From NCBI GenBank assembly GCA_964057225.1, contig OZ059898.1, positions 13,888,001-13,952,000 of the forward strand: a DNA stretch of 64,000 nucleotides, read 5' to 3'. The stretch comes from Auanema rhodensis. Taxonomy: Eukaryota; Animalia; Nematoda. The translations under genes and the position numbers were made by a program. How positions within the stretch are numbered: position 1 is the first letter of the stretch; every line of letters begins with the position of its first letter. This document shows positions 39,101-50,178 of the stretch, piece after piece. Below the pieces are notes generated by a model. The model was not told the origin of the DNA. It worked only from the letters and a program-made list of their open reading frames with translations, and did not search any database.

Positions 39101-39131
39101 ACGGATGAAAAATCAAAAAGAGAAAGCATGA
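30198..39131 (+). CDS. Gag-Env-Pol polyprotein: disordered N-terminus, capsid-like domain, N/Q/R-rich NC-like region, signal peptide, gB-like fusion glycoprotein, TM, aspartic protease, RT, RNase H, integrase
   Basis: Signal ~32307-32381; CEIQN..LW..ARFVG..C..CY; TM ~35151-35230; LWDSGS (35481); YLDD (36801); RNase H ESDG..NYAPIEIEAL..TDH; integrase H-H-C-C, D-D-E and GPY. The true start is uncertain: the first ATG is at 31389. Confidence 0.95.
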   Translation: MVATIWKTPSHLPSASPSEARLSYCSRISLSPNTHLKESYAPYINIPHVAHHSRFFQTKSPTKVAKRFSSAFPALYPSDINSDATVASRTRSRTRLLSVQIEEPHQPDEKPKPQVDKFYTPREGTYSPSDDTDEDPDFIIADDSTQTPTTNPKVRSVDTNKNLRKIQKKKPTTASASPVTPDPNASNLSVITDNAPSPSLGLTQSPQASSTPINQPHSLTLEPTQPSDNPSTLSKITDKIKKNIPNKRKTKTPSKRATETLSAEASLEGIQEASPLSLTTDKFKNKRSLTNRLIKILNLSPGDKTTPGGTAKPRFSSHNPNLNRSDSAIPSSRSTDRTSPQAPGKVIQVPRARFATTTPIIGSSSRNPKAIENTHQDPTRSEVIISPITYPEGISSEMTETSRLPGAGKSTIAQALSSPYCPIYDGSRNFRDFVAKFNTFANALGLVMPERLTILPLLLKNERAEEAYTQLSDTIKTSGSWNTLIEELTSRLCPEYNQDPALITLQNSTQGELSVDGFAQTLRSLSLNAFSHTDPHKDHILRSTFLRGLKNTIRPGVIRAKPKTFAEAIDNARWEESIANQVSDPQALLVNAIDRTFPPRRDTGRRGIGRGYQSFNNRNYQNYQNYQSYQNSSNNQKPQNLQNSFARNRNLGNRGRNLSNPNWYQRNNNLSRNQESDNRQRGNNPFRGNNNNRGRGRGSRVNNLTLISPLTLAVALSVILSLITITDAYQMCTKATGGALLIPPPLRKCTIPPTKHVLRTNIHLYTRNQTAHEWDSWRCSKEIHKICIRDLLFLRDHNSSIVRIEPTTENECRLAVRDRKWKSEDLIKLDSLTYATTEPTFSPARSFNYEQCEEKERLVLERGVMTRMPDDTILTNLLLNTEGCLAHHGQCASNTSMIIWEIQSYEQRCNYIDMSEYDAIIGDSIILIPNTQSALVIDNKQIPKQITSCFSQPIFQSTTGNYILFPKYPNDSNIHNLIEREYKKLPAKRQKRAIAQCALQLDESWIKEQEDYETLTLNICPYPFLRPVMSNPGISQIIPIIRARRTIDPTYSIVKWISAHPEQFKFFLRSTTSDRSIERFLKIYEFYDPEEAMLQFFAQKELAATTRGAVKYLTSLQLLEQIGDRLTAEEFDEKILTKEGSYRERTESIALELAFTPTIFAQNNMSVPSKQEVLKAFVNMPPIRPVLSTNNEKEQLIIKETIDLYHQVLKLRTIKPNRTAARADDERFRHLPVPTIILPDIEKLYRDMENNFGIPVGPHQQTKSPNKYTRNLLIQTFLPLLEDKRTPPYSTRRLTDKTEYITTTTEVTKLIQDPQTTPEIDTTQTITSTRAPTTVTLIYGVHKEQPITTFATVTDMSLRSQRKQRTSSPPLEIETKAVQAQAHYIGSKVNNEIQYKQNISQRIAQDHLQYATTLIQEELQKHFMESYESICEIQNRYLELWRSILQIEPTIAMRTILGREDIAARFVGSEIVHVHICLPIEPKTVHHSHKINETCYLETPVTTEDNKLYFAAPGSRDLLSYGKEIDCEHVPTDIYEKNGEWMNINGSAEVNPITLFDGAHQHKVTPLKFTGAHLYTNLSSRVYSMTTAIAYGASLASIRQNHVLNTIHNDPKITSAFILLKKGSDYISKATEFTTTAWNSIKQFLMGTIERTLILIGSTVLIIAAIIITIFAGKFYFFKAMPLPVMHIQRADNEPPGYEETLELVSRPDQPMPENIMKQYYPALVTFIPLAIPFIASIKSKETKLPLIYISVEDKLILALWDSGSSVSYVRLSTLKYLNMAQHVKKRRLVAMAANKTTFTLYGKINLNIEIAGYEIEHTFLVSNDCDCPAPALIGMDFMSTLDSENIDVSLKPSKKMLEIGNYALPLIEQDAIKQTAITVNIINLKKRIIQPDEESTIPIKADRPLKSNEVVILGDNGNALASSYPTAFRETSGVYVVFRNNTDKTLAMEANSVIGQATIGEVPSWQTIQEDPMQPYIPPEADWENKLPHFPRNFMNDLNLDKADLNNEDKHELTNIVKNHREAFLNEDRKIGLFKGPIEHTIPLRSDMDMPRSRITRIPLGKQEEVEKQVKEMLEQGIIEPSTSLFNSPAVLVKKKDETYRFVTDFRALNSVTRKQTYVIPSISDIVDMAAGAQFFSNFDLVSGFFQISLRKSDRPLTAFTTTSGTYQYKRMPMGLCGAPHTFQTAVRYLQSKCSCKLFVYLDDLLIISDTRKQHLEDIDELLHAVESLGMKIKLKKCAFAQPEVKFLGLIIGREGIKPDPQKVAAIQEYPAPKNATGVRAFLGMVGFFRKFIKDFASIASPLYDLTKTDTEFAWEKQHQEAVDRLKRSLTQAPVLSPPKSDRLFIIESDGSNIAVGAVLLQPEDPTQPLKHLHPIAFASRKLVKAERNYAPIEIEALGLVYALNQFRTYILGTHTICITDHRPLTSLLTRRDLFGRLAKFQLVIQEYDIEIRYREGQLNKVCDALSRYIGDEANDAKPEKKKKKNVESIRINTIDTPAIKEIQQNTPWIKKTIADIEYRTQKKMVSNDRYCVINGLLYTKPTDKKPHPAIVVPQDHPIKDEIIELFHEDPTIAAHQGINKTKEAILRRFYWTNMQNDIMIYIKNCIKCAQRKKDPHSMTVQPIGQFEIPTKPFERVHMDVMGPFPPSKRNCTYVITIQDAFTKWSTTIAVPQITTEITIDRFLRNFVYIYGPPHRLITDRGSNFVSQKFEEMCTKLGIQHEPTLPHQKNSNGQVERLHRTLEEGLTHYLKEDLSDWDSVLPKITFAINNIQHATTGIAPYVALFGKECRMKIDAELPGTITKIKEISEELLTRRPQMMKIDQIIRERIAQNQENARKKKDRTQRTHERNIQPGDMVMTTIKSHKIGQKLRKSYDGPYEVINVQGSKVQIRNSSGKIQDIHKDNLKLFSNATQNITHNTRSNTRNNHEEEEEDSDIEILRVIKRNEQDNTDSEPESENEDGDELWLPRMKNQKEKA

Positions 39132-39795
39132 AAAGACGACAAGAAATAACTTTATATACATTCTTTTCTTCTCTGTAAATTGTAAAAATGGAAGTAACGG
39201 TGAATTAGAAAACTTTTTGATGAGAGATTAAGTGAGTAAACAACTAAAAATAAGGAATAAGCAAAAATATAATAGAAATAAATGGCTACCGTAATCCTAT
39301 ACGACCGATAGAGATAATATTTTGCGCTAAACTGAGCTCCATATGTATCTCCAAGAAGAGACGAACATTGGCAGGCGCCTAAGCCACACCCCATCTGAGT
39401 GGTAGCCTCCATTAGTACTCAAGGATTCATTTAGAGAGACATATGGAGACGAGTAAATTATTAACTAAAATTATCCCCATCATCATTAGGATACGAGTAA
39501 CCATGTACCCGAAATGTTTAATAATTCCTTATTGTCTCACATAAATCACACATTCATGAAACTAAGAAAATTTTTTTTTATTACAGTACTACAGTGACTA
39601 AATTTATTTTCTAATCCTCCGTTACAAAATAACGTAAAACCTATTATTGTATTCAAATTCTACCTTAATACCATAAAGAAACCTATTAAAACTATTTATA
39701 TATCTTTCTACATGTAGATTTTAAAACTTTTAATTTTATTTGTAAACTCCTAGACTCTAAAACTCAGCTACATATACACTAAAAATCTCTTTATA

Positions 39796-39829
39796 TCGCG
39801 CGGACGCGAAAAATCTTTGAAAAAGGGCA
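39796..39829 (+). promoter_or_regulatory. Conserved hairpin plus polypurine tract of element A
   Basis: TCGCG-CGGA-CGCGA, then GAAAAAGGGCA abutting the 3' LTR. Confidence 0.8.
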
Positions 39830-40174
39830 CGTTCCATTCGGACTCCCCATATATGTAGCTGGAGGGTTAGAGCCAGACGACCAGAGGACCGAGGAATGGC
39901 TCCGCCTTCCCTCGTTCCCTTGGTCGGGAGTTCGCCTCTTAGCAAGCTCATGGACGGCTTGTAGTTTAGTCTTTATACTTATATTTATCTTATTGTATTG
40001 TATCTTTATCTTTGTATATTATTGTTGTAGTTTCATGCCAATAAATCTTTCTCTCTTTCATCTTATGATTGACCTTATGCTCTTTATTCCTTACCGCTAC
40101 ACCAAGGAATACTATGCGCGTCATAGTATAAACTACAATGGTTTATATTATCGACGCAGGAGCATAACGGAACG
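39830..40174 (+). repeat. 3' LTR of element A
   Basis: Direct repeat of 28084-28428. Confidence 0.96.
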
Positions 40175-40237
40175 GGGGAATCGAACCCCCCTCGAATGCT
40201 TGGAAGGCATCCATGCTGACCATTACACCACGAACGC
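40175..40237 (-). pseudogene. 5' part of the tRNA-Gly gene split by element A (3' part at 28071-28083)
   Basis: Joining the flanks and removing the GGGG duplication restores the gene. Confidence 0.92.
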
Positions 40238-40357
40238 TACGATGGCTCTTGAACTATTTGATTAGATGAGTTGACACATCTTTGACTTCATTGATAATTA
40301 CGAATGAAAAGCAGTAACATATTTTTTTCAAACGTTTCACATCAAAAATTGAAAAAT

Positions 40358-40715
40358 CGTTCCGTTATGCTCCCGCGTCGATCTTACAGACCAATGGAGT
40401 CTACAAGATGAGCGTGGTAGTATTCCAGATGTAGCGGTTAAACATGGAGCATAAGGATAAACATAAGACTCGAGAAAGATTGGTTTATTATATCTACGTG
40501 ATTACAATAAGATACATATAACTAAGTAAAGGTTAAACTAATAGAGAACAGAGAGAGAACGACCAACCATCCATGATCGTCCCTGAGGCAAAGCTGAAGT
40601 GTTGTAATATGGAAAAGGGCGGGTCGTCTTCTCTCAGTCTCGCATTCTCTGACTCTAACCCGCCTGCTACAGCTTCGTCATATGAATGTAATGCATTGAT
40701 CATCCGAATGGAACG
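40358..40715 (-). repeat. 3' LTR of element B
   Basis: Direct repeat of 51624-51981; no difference seen. Confidence 0.96.
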
Positions 40716-41409
40716 TGCCCTTTTTCGAGTTTATGTCGCGTCCTCGCGACAATCAAAAGTTTTGACTTGATTAACTGTAGCAGAAGGGTTAATGTGTGTA
40801 TTAAAGTACATGTTACAATACAATATTTTACGTAAAATTCTTATAATATGAACATAATACAATATAAAACATCAGTATCTGAAAAGAATTAAAAAAAATT
40901 TTTTAACCAAATTATGAAAGTTTTAACCCTCTTTAACGAATACTAGACTATGTTTTATTGGCGAACGTGCTTATAAAATAATAAAAAAAAAAGTTTTTAA
41001 GCATAACGCTCCAACAAGTGTAGATAAAAAGTTAACTATTTTTTTTGCTAGAGCTCGGTTGTTTGTTTCAATTTGTGTGAGTTTAGAAAAAAAAGAAAAG
41101 TTTTGCGTAATACCAAATAACTTCCAAATTGAGTCATTGATTACTCAAGTGAAGACTGTTGCTCAGATATTGTTGCAAACTATGTCTTTCATTTTTCATC
41201 TCATCTAGTATGGGGAAGTTAGTTGAAATTAGGAAGGTTCGAACTATATGATAAAAGAATTATCTTCTCACATTTCCCGTGTTCATTATGCTCTAGTTTA
41301 CTTTTTGACTTAAGAGTGACTTGTTTTAGAGGAGTCGTTACAAAATTTGTGTTCTAGTATTACTTTAAAGAAAGTTATTACAAAACAATTTACAATAAAA
41401 TCTCATGAG

Positions 41410-44400
41410 TTAATGGTTTTTTCTTGATGGTAGCCAATTTGTATCCGAAAGGTCTTCTGGTTCGTCATAAGAGTCTTCCTCGTTGTTGTTTCCGTTGATA
41501 ACCTCTATGATTTCGATATCGCTGTCATCGTCTGAGCTGTCTGTACGTGTACTGGGCTTATGTGCGATTCCGTCATCTGTTTCTCGATTAAATAATTTGA
41601 GATTGTCCTTGTGAACGTCTTGAATCTTTCCGAAAAGGTTTTTGATTTGAACCATGTTTCCCTTCACATTTATAACTTCAAATGGTCCATCATAAGCTTT
41701 CCGAAGCTTTTGTCCTGGCTTGTGCATTTTCACAGCTAACATAACGCAGTCTCCTTCTTGTATATCTCTTTCGTGAGTGCGTAATCGAGCATCATGTTTC
41801 TTTTTTGCTAATTCTTGATGCTTTTCCAAATTTTCTTGAATGATTGTTTTCTGTTTGCTTCGGATTTTCTCAATATTTTCAATCTCCTTTGAAATTTCCT
41901 TTGGTTCAGTTGTTTCGGGGTATAAATCTTTATCCAATCTCAAACGGCTTTCTTTCCCGAATAGTACAACGTATGGTGATATTCCTGTGGTTGCATGCGT
42001 TGTGGTGTTCAATGCAAAGGTAATTTTTGGCAAAAACATGTCCCAATCAGTGACATCTTCGTTGAGATAATGTGTGAGTCCTTCTTCTAACGTTCTATGA
42101 AGTCTTTCTACTTGTCCATTGGAATTCTTCTGATGTGGGAGTGTTGATTCATGTTTGATACCGAGTTTTTCGCACATGTCTTCAAATTTCCTTGATAGGA
42201 AGTTGGAACCGCGGTCTGTTATTAAGCGATTCGGTGGTCCATAGACATATACAAAGTTTCTGAGGAATCTATCAATGACAACTTCACTAACAATTGTTGG
42301 TATGGCGATAGTTGTAGCCCATTTGGAGAAAGAGTCTTGTATTGTGAGGACATAGCTGTTGTTCCTTTTTGATGTTGGGAATGGTCCCATGATATCCATA
42401 TGTATTCTCTCAAATGGTTTTGATGGTATGTTAAATTGACCCATCGGTTGTACGGTCATAGCATGAGGATCTTTCTTTCGTTGTGCACATTTGATGCACT
42501 GTTTTACGTATTTTGCTATGTCGTTCTGCATGTTCGTCCAGGAAAATCTTCGTACTATGGCTTCTTTTGTTTTGTTGATTCCTTGATGCGCCCCGATTGT
42601 TGGGTCTTCATGAAATTCTTCAATGATTTTGTTAATTATATCACTATCCGATGGCAATATTAACGCTGGATGAGGTCTTTTGACGCTTGGTTTTGTGTAG
42701 AGTAAGTTGTTTATAACACAATAACGATCATTTTGAATCATATTTTTCTTCGTTCTGTATTCAATCTCAGCTATTGTTCTCTTGATCCAAGGAGTATTTT
42801 GTTGGATTGAGCTGAATTCTGGTAACTTCACAACATTTACTTGTTGTGTCTCAATTTTCTCTTTCGAATTCGTCTTTTGTTTCTTGTTCGACGTCTTTGG
42901 ATCGTTAGCTTCATCTCCAATGTATCTAGAGAGTGCGTCACAGACTTTGTTTAATCTGCCTTCTCGATATTTGATCTCAATATCGTATTCCTGTATGACC
43001 AATTGGAACTTTGCTAGTCTTCCAAATAGGTCTCTTCTAGTTAGTAAGCTTGTCAATGGGCGATGATCGGTGATGCAAATTGAATGTGATCCAAGTATGT
43101 ATGTTCGAAACTGTGCTAGAGCGTAAACTAAGCCTAAGGCTTCTATCTCTATGGGAGCATAGTTACGTTCTGCTTTTACTAATTTCCTACTTGCGAAAGC
43201 AATTGGATGTAAGTTCTTGAATGGTTCGTTTGGATCTTCGGGCTGCAGTAATACTGCGCCTATGGCGATGTTGCTGCCATCACTTTCAATGATGAAAGTT
43301 CGGTCTGATCGTGGTGGTTTCAGTACCGGTGCTTCGATTAGTCGTTCCTTTAGCTTATCTAGTGAACGTTGACATTCGCTAGTCCAATTGAAGTCTGCGT
43401 CTAGCTTAGTAAGGTCATACAGCGGACTTGCTATATGTGCAAAATCTTTAATAAATTTTCTAAAGAATCCGACCATTCCTAAGAATGCTCTTACTCCTGT
43501 GGGTGTTTGAGGAGCAGGGTAATCGCGGATGGCGGAAACTTTCTGTTGATCGGGCTTAACTCCGTCTCTTCCGACAATGAGTCCGAGAAATTTCACTTCT
43601 GGTCTTGCAAATGAACATTTCTTGATTTTAATCTTAAATCCTAGTCTTTCTACAGCGAGTAATACTTCTTTGATGTCTTCGAGGTGTTGTTCTGCGCTGT
43701 CTGATATGACTAGTAAATCGTCCAAATAGACAAATAGTCGGCATTTACATTTACTTTGGAGATATCTCACGGCTGTTTGAAAGGTATGTGGCGCACCACA
43801 TAATCCCATAGGCATTCTCCTGTATTGATAAGTCCCACTATTGGTGGTAAAGGATGTGAGTGGTCTATCCTTCTTCAATAATGGTATTTGGAAAAAGCCA
43901 GAAACAAGATCAAAATTAGAAAAGTATTGTGATCCAGCCGCTAAGTCAATGATATCAGAGATGTTAGGAATCACATATGTTTGTTTTCTTGTAACGTTAT
44001 TTAAGGCTCGGAAATCCGTAACGAAACGGAATGTTTCGTCTTTTTTCTTAACGAGAACGACAGGGCTGTTGAACAAAGATGTCGATCGTTCTATTATCCC
44101 TTGCTCGAGCATTTCTTGGACTTGTCTTTCTACCTCTTCTTGTCTCCCGAGAGGTATACGTGAAATTCGTGGCTTTGGCATATCCATATCCGTTCGTAGT
44201 GGTATCTTGTGTTCTACTGGTCCTTTGAACAATCCTATCTTTTTATCTTCATTGAGGAATGCCTTCTTACGTTGACGAATGATGTTTCGTAGTTCGTCTT
44301 TTTGTCGTTGCGTAAGATCAGCCTCTTTTAGGTCAAGTTCTTTCATGAAATCACCAGGGAAGTGAGGTAATTTGCCTTCCCAGTCTGCTTCTGGTGGGAT

Positions 44401-47400
44401 ATAGTCGTACTGTTGTTCTGTTGAGAAGATTTCATAGTCCGGTATAGATCCTATTTCGGCTTCTGCAATCACAGTGCCGGCCGGTATTTCTATGAATTCT
44501 TTAGAATTGTTCCGGAATTGGATATTGATGGAGTTAACATCGCGAAATGCTGTGTCGTATCGAGGTGAGAGAGGAGTATTGTCGTTTGGTTTAATCATAG
44601 CGATTAAGTCTTCTCCGATTGGGTTCTCTAACTGGACTTGGAAATTAAAAACTTGTCGAGGAAGTAGACTCCGCGGCTCCAAGGTTATCAAATTAACAGT
44701 TTTTGATATCCTGTTAATATCCCCGTTAATTCCGCTAGCCAAAGGTACTACATGATTTCCAATTTCCAGTGTTCTTTTGTATGGTCTTAGTTTCATGCCA
44801 ATGTTTTGACAGTCAAGTGTTTTCATGAAATCTAATCCAATCAACGCTGGCGATGGACAGTCTTTGTCGTCTGATATGAAGAATGTATGGTCGATTTCGT
44901 AACCGGCTATTTCGACGGTTAAGTCGATAGTACCAATGAATACAAATTCTGATCCGTTCGCTGTTGTTGCTCTTAATGTATTCTTCTTAACAAAGTCATT
45001 CAAAGCTAAGTAGTGTAGTGTCGATATTCTTATGTAACTGACGGACGAACCTGAGTCCCATAAAGTTAGGATCAGTCTATCATTAACAGTCATCCATAGA
45101 AGTGGTAGTGCTTGATCTTTCTTTTTGGAAATCGAGCAAACTAATGGTAGTGCGATTGGTATGAATGTGAGCATTGATGGATAGTATTGTTTCATTATGT
45201 GTCTTGGAATCGGTTGATCCGGATGACTAACTAATTCCAAAGTTTCTTCGTATGTTGGTAGATCACTGTCGTGATCTTTGAGTGCAATATGCATAACTGG
45301 TATGCCTACTGGTTTGAAGAAATAGATCTTTACAATGAAACCTATCACAAAGAGTATGATGGTAAATAATGTAATTGCACCGATCGTTATTAGTGTTCGC
45401 TCAATCGTTCCTGCAATTGTATCGATGAATGACTTCCATGTGCTCTTGGTGAATTCTTGAGCTTTCGATATGTAGTCGCTACTTTTCTTTAGTACACTGA
45501 ATGTAGCTGATATCTTTGGATCATTGTGAATTGTGTGAAGAACGTGATTCTGACGAATCGATGCTAAACTCGCACCGTAAGCTATGGCTGTGGTCATTGA
45601 GTATACACGAGACGATAAATTAGTGTATAAGTGAGCTCCGGTGAATTTTAATGGTGTTATTTTTTCGTGATGAAGTCCGTCCCACATTGATACAAGATTG
45701 ACGTCTGCAGTCCCATTAATTCCTTTCCATTCACCTTCGCTAGACCAGATATCTGTTGGTACGTGATCACAGCTTATTTCTTTACCATGAGGTAAAAGAT
45801 CCTTGGATCCGGGTGCTGCAAACAGTAACTGTCCGTCTTGTGTCCAGACTGGGGTTTCGAGATAGCATGTGCCATTTACGGTGTGATTGTGATAAATGGT
45901 TTTCTCTAGCACTGTAGGGCATACATGTATATGCAAAATTTCATTGCCTACAAACCGTGCGGCTATATCTTCTCTTCCCAGTATTGTTCGCATTGCGATT
46001 GTTGGTTCAATTTGTAGAATTGATTTCCATAATTCCAGATACCGATTTTGTATCTAGCAAATCGATTCGTATGATTCTTCAAAATGTTTCTGCAATTCCT
46101 CTTGGATCATTGTAGTAGCATACTGTAAATGATCTTGGGCTATTTTGTTCGATATATTTTGACGAAACTCTTGTACCGAGTCAATTTTCGTTGCTATGTA
46201 TCTCGCATTTGCTTCCACTAAATTTGAGGTTTCTACTGATGGTGTTGAGGAAGCTCGGTTTTTTCGAATCAATGTTGGAGAGGCTTCGGTTGTCTCTTGT
46301 ATTTTTGGAATCTGTGCGTCTTTGTATATGGCATAGCTTCTTGTTGTTGGTGGCGAACGAGCGGTTGATGTTGTTGTGCGTGCTGTTGTCGCAGCGGTCG
46401 TGTGAGGCGCCGTTGTTGATGGCTGTTGCCTCCATGATGGTGCTCTTGTGGTGGTTGTTGCATTTGTGTGAGGATTGTTCGTTATATGCGGCTGTATTGT
46501 GGTAACTGATTGGATTGTTCCCTTCTGTTCGATCAAAGGTTGGACTGGTGTCACAACCGCGCCGCTAGCCGCGCCGCCTGCCGCGACGCTGGATGTCCGC
46601 GTTGCGATTTGCCGAAAATTTGTTTCATTTTTCTCTGCCCTTAAGATTTGAAGTTGTTCTTGTGTTATCCTACTCGATGTATAAGGTGTTTTTACATTAT
46701 TGAGCAGGGGTAAAAATATTTCCAATAATAATTTCTTTGAAAGATTGCTGGGCTTGATCAGCTTAGGGTGTGGACCGATCGGTATTCCATAATTATTCTT
46801 CCTGTCATAAAATAGTTTATCTGTATTTGGCATGAATTGTCGTGATGCTGGCAATTTTATAAATTTTCTGTCATCAATAAATGCTGCAGTTTTATTCCAT
46901 CGTACTGTTGTGAGGGTTTTTAGTTCTCTTAGTAAATTGATCGTTGCCTTAATGAATTCGTATTTCTTCTCTTCCTCGTCAGTTAGTATACGTTTCCTTA
47001 TTGGTGGCATTTGTATGAACGTTTGTAGGACTTCTTGTCGTGATGGAACTGTCAGTCCTTCTTCAATTATAACTGGTGTATTGGTTAAATTGAGAGCTAT
47101 GCTTTCAATTCGTTCGCGATATGAACCTTCTTTCTTCCTTATGATTTCATCGAATTCGATTACTGTCAAACGATCTGATATTTGTTCGAGAAGCTGTTCA
47201 GATGTTAAGTATGATATTGCTGCCTTTGTAGTAATGGCTAATTCTCTTTGTGCTATATAATATAGCAGAGCTTCTTCTTTATCACTGAAATCGTATTGCT
47301 TGAGAAAATGTCGAACAGAATGTTCATTTATTTGAATTCTGAAGAAAAATTCGAATTTTTCTTTATGTGATGTTATCCATGCCTTTAGAGAGTATGTTGG

Positions 47401-50178
47401 ATCTACTAAACGTCTTCCTTTGATTATAGGAATAATTGAAGTAATACCGGGATTACTCATTAATGGTCTTAGGAAAGTATATGGACAGACGTGAAGCAAT
47501 ACTGTTTCATAATCTTCAACTTCGTTGATCCGATCTTGATCCAGTGGGAAAGAACATCCTTCGGTGACTGCACGTTTTGGTCTTTTAAACGGCAGCTTTT
47601 TGAACTCTCTTTCAATAAGGGTGGTTATATTGTTGTCGTTTGGAAATTTAGGAAGAATGATATAATTTCCTGATGTCGTATGGAACGCTGGCTGCCTGAA
47701 GCAAGAAGAAATAGGTTTCGGAGTTGGTTTGCTCGAAAGAATAAGTGCCGATTGTGTACTAGGGATTAAAATAGTATCTTGACTAATGATAGCGTCATAT
47801 GTATGCATATCGATGTAATTACAACGTGAAGCAGTGGTTTGTGGGTCCCATATTATTATTGATGTACTTGATTCACAATTACCATGATGTGCATTGCATC
47901 CTTCCGTGTTTAATATTAAGTTTGACAATATTGTATCGTCAGGCATACGGGTCATGACTCCGCGCTCTAATATTAGACGTGACCGCTCCTCGCACGCGTC
48001 GCGGTTGAACGCGCGCGCTGGGTCATAGGAGGGCTCCGGAGTTGCTTGGGTGATACTATCAATGCGTTGCAGTTCTATGTTATTCCACTTGCGATCGCGG
48101 ATCGCCTGTCTGCATTCGCGCTCTCCTATAGGCTGTATTCTATTTATTGTTCTGTTCGTATCGCGGAGGAATAGCAGGTCTCGTACGCATAACTTGTGTA
48201 CTTCCTCTGAACAACGCCACGCATCCCATTCGTGTGCTGTGTGATTTCTTGTGTACAGATGAACTTCTGTACGTAGCACATGGTTTTTCTCTGTTAATCT
48301 GCATTTTCTGATTGTTGGTGGCATAAGTAATGCGCCTCCTGTTGCTCTTGTACAGATTTGATATGTAGATGCACAGGGCAAGAATATTGCTGTTGTTATT
48401 GCCATGATAACTGTGAGCGTCAAAGGCGAAAGGGTGACAGAGTTTATTCTTGTTGAGCTTCTATCTCTTCCTCTTGAGTTGTCTCTTGGATTTTTGAATT
48501 GAACTCTTCTTTGTCCGTTGTTGTTATTGAATCTACCTCGTTGGTTGTTATGACGAAAATTATAATTTCTTTGATGCCAATCAGAACTCGATTGCCTATT
48601 ATCTTGTTCGTTATAATTTGTACGGCGATTATTATTAGCGAAAGAACCGTAACGGTTTCGATTATTATTGAAATTAGAAAAGTTTTTATTTTTTTGATAA
48701 TTTTGATAATTTTGATTATTTTGATAATTTTGATTATTTCTTATCATTTGGTTATCGCGTTGATAATTGCGATTAAATGTTTGGCTATCTCGTCTCTCAT
48801 CATTACGCGCAAAGGGTGCTAGTGCTTTGTTCACAGCGTTGACCAACATCGATTGCGTGTCTGTTGTTTGGTTCACTATCGATTCCTCCCAGCGAGCTGC
48901 TTCAATCGCTTCTGTGAAGGATTTTGGCTTTGCTCGGATCACAGCTGGTTTTAGAGAATTTTTAAGTCCTCTGAGGAATGTTGATCTCAGTATTTGATCT
49001 TTATGTGGGTCATCAGATGCAAATGCACTCAATGCCATTGTTCTTAATGCTTGGGCGTATGCATCAATTGTCAATTCCCCTTGCGTGGTGTTTTGAAGGT
49101 TAATAAGTGCAGGGTCTTGGTTATATTCAGGGCAGAGCTTCGATGTTAGTGCTCTAATCAGATCATTCCACGAACCAGTTGTTTTAAGTTGTTCAGGAAC
49201 TTGTCTGTAAGCTTCTTCTGCTGCTTCATTTTTGAGAAGCAAAGGAAGAAGTGCTAACCTTTCAGGGATAACAAGGCCAATGGCATTAGCAAACAAGTTG
49301 AATTTACCCGTAAAATCACGGAAGTTACGACTGCCGTCGTAAGTTGGACAGTAAGGCGAAAGTAAGGCTTGCGCGATTGTTGTTTTCCCTGCCCCAGGTA
49401 GTGAGGAAACAGCTTCCGTCATGATGTTATTCGTACGGGTAGATGGTATTTTGATCGTTCTACCTGTTATTGGTGGGGTCTCCAAAATAGGGGTTGTTTG
49501 CGTGGATGGAATAGGTCTATTGGGTGCCTTAGGAAGTGAGTCTGTTGTTGTTAAGATGGGAGTAGAAGTTTGATGAATACTGGTATTTGGTGCAGGTGGT
49601 TGAATTGGTGAGATATTAATGTTAGGGACTGATGAATATCTGCTTTTGCGCTTGGTGTTGAAAGTTTTATCTTTAGGCGAAAGGTTAAAAAGATCAGTAA
49701 CAATGTTTCTAAGAGAACTAAGCCCACCCGCGCTAGAAGTTTTTGAAAGTAAAGGGGAATCGGTTGGTTCGGTTAGTGAGAGAGAGAGAGAAACGTCGCT
49801 GATGTTTTGATTTTTCTTATTTTTATTAGAATTAGAGGAGCGTACCTTTTTAGGAGTGATCGGTGTTTGTTCCTCCACAATGATTGATAGTTCTTCTTCT
49901 ATAGTAGGTACGTAGTCCGGGTCGCCTAGTTGTTCAGTAGGTGAGACAGAATCAGTAGTAGGAATAAGGAAATTATCCGGCTTCTTGTCGACTTTCTGCT
50001 CCTCTTCTAATATAGCGACGTCTTGAGCTCGAGCTCGACTTCTGGTAAAGGGAGCTGAGTCTTGGGAATCGAAATGCGTACTTATAGGTACGGCTGAATG
50101 GAATCTCTTAGCCACCTTGCTAGAACTCTTGGTTTGAAAAAACCTTGAGTGCTTGGTAACGTGTGGGATGTTGAGACG
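41410..50178 (-). pseudogene. Gag-Env-Pol polyprotein of element B with one in-frame TAG (46054-46056)
   Basis: ORFs 46054-50115 and 41410-45993 are in frame. I-C-*-I-Q-N-R aligns to I-C-E-I-Q-N-R in A (GAG>TAG). All catalytic motifs are intact. Confidence 0.93.

Larger units (their letters stand above)
28084..40174 (+). mobile_element. Element A: full-length Ty3/Gypsy (Metaviridae-like) LTR element with env-like gene, inserted inside a tRNA-Gly gene, 4-bp TSD GGGG
   Basis: Two 345-bp LTRs identical by eye, PBS, PPT and an uninterrupted 2977-codon ORF. The G6 run of the target gene appears as G6 on the left and G4 on the right. Confidence 0.97.

Noticed and set aside
46054-46056. Programmed readthrough between the two B ORFs
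   Set aside because: A has GAG here, the site is mid-domain and the context (TAG ATA) is not a known leaky one. The UCA tRNAs read UGA, not UAG.
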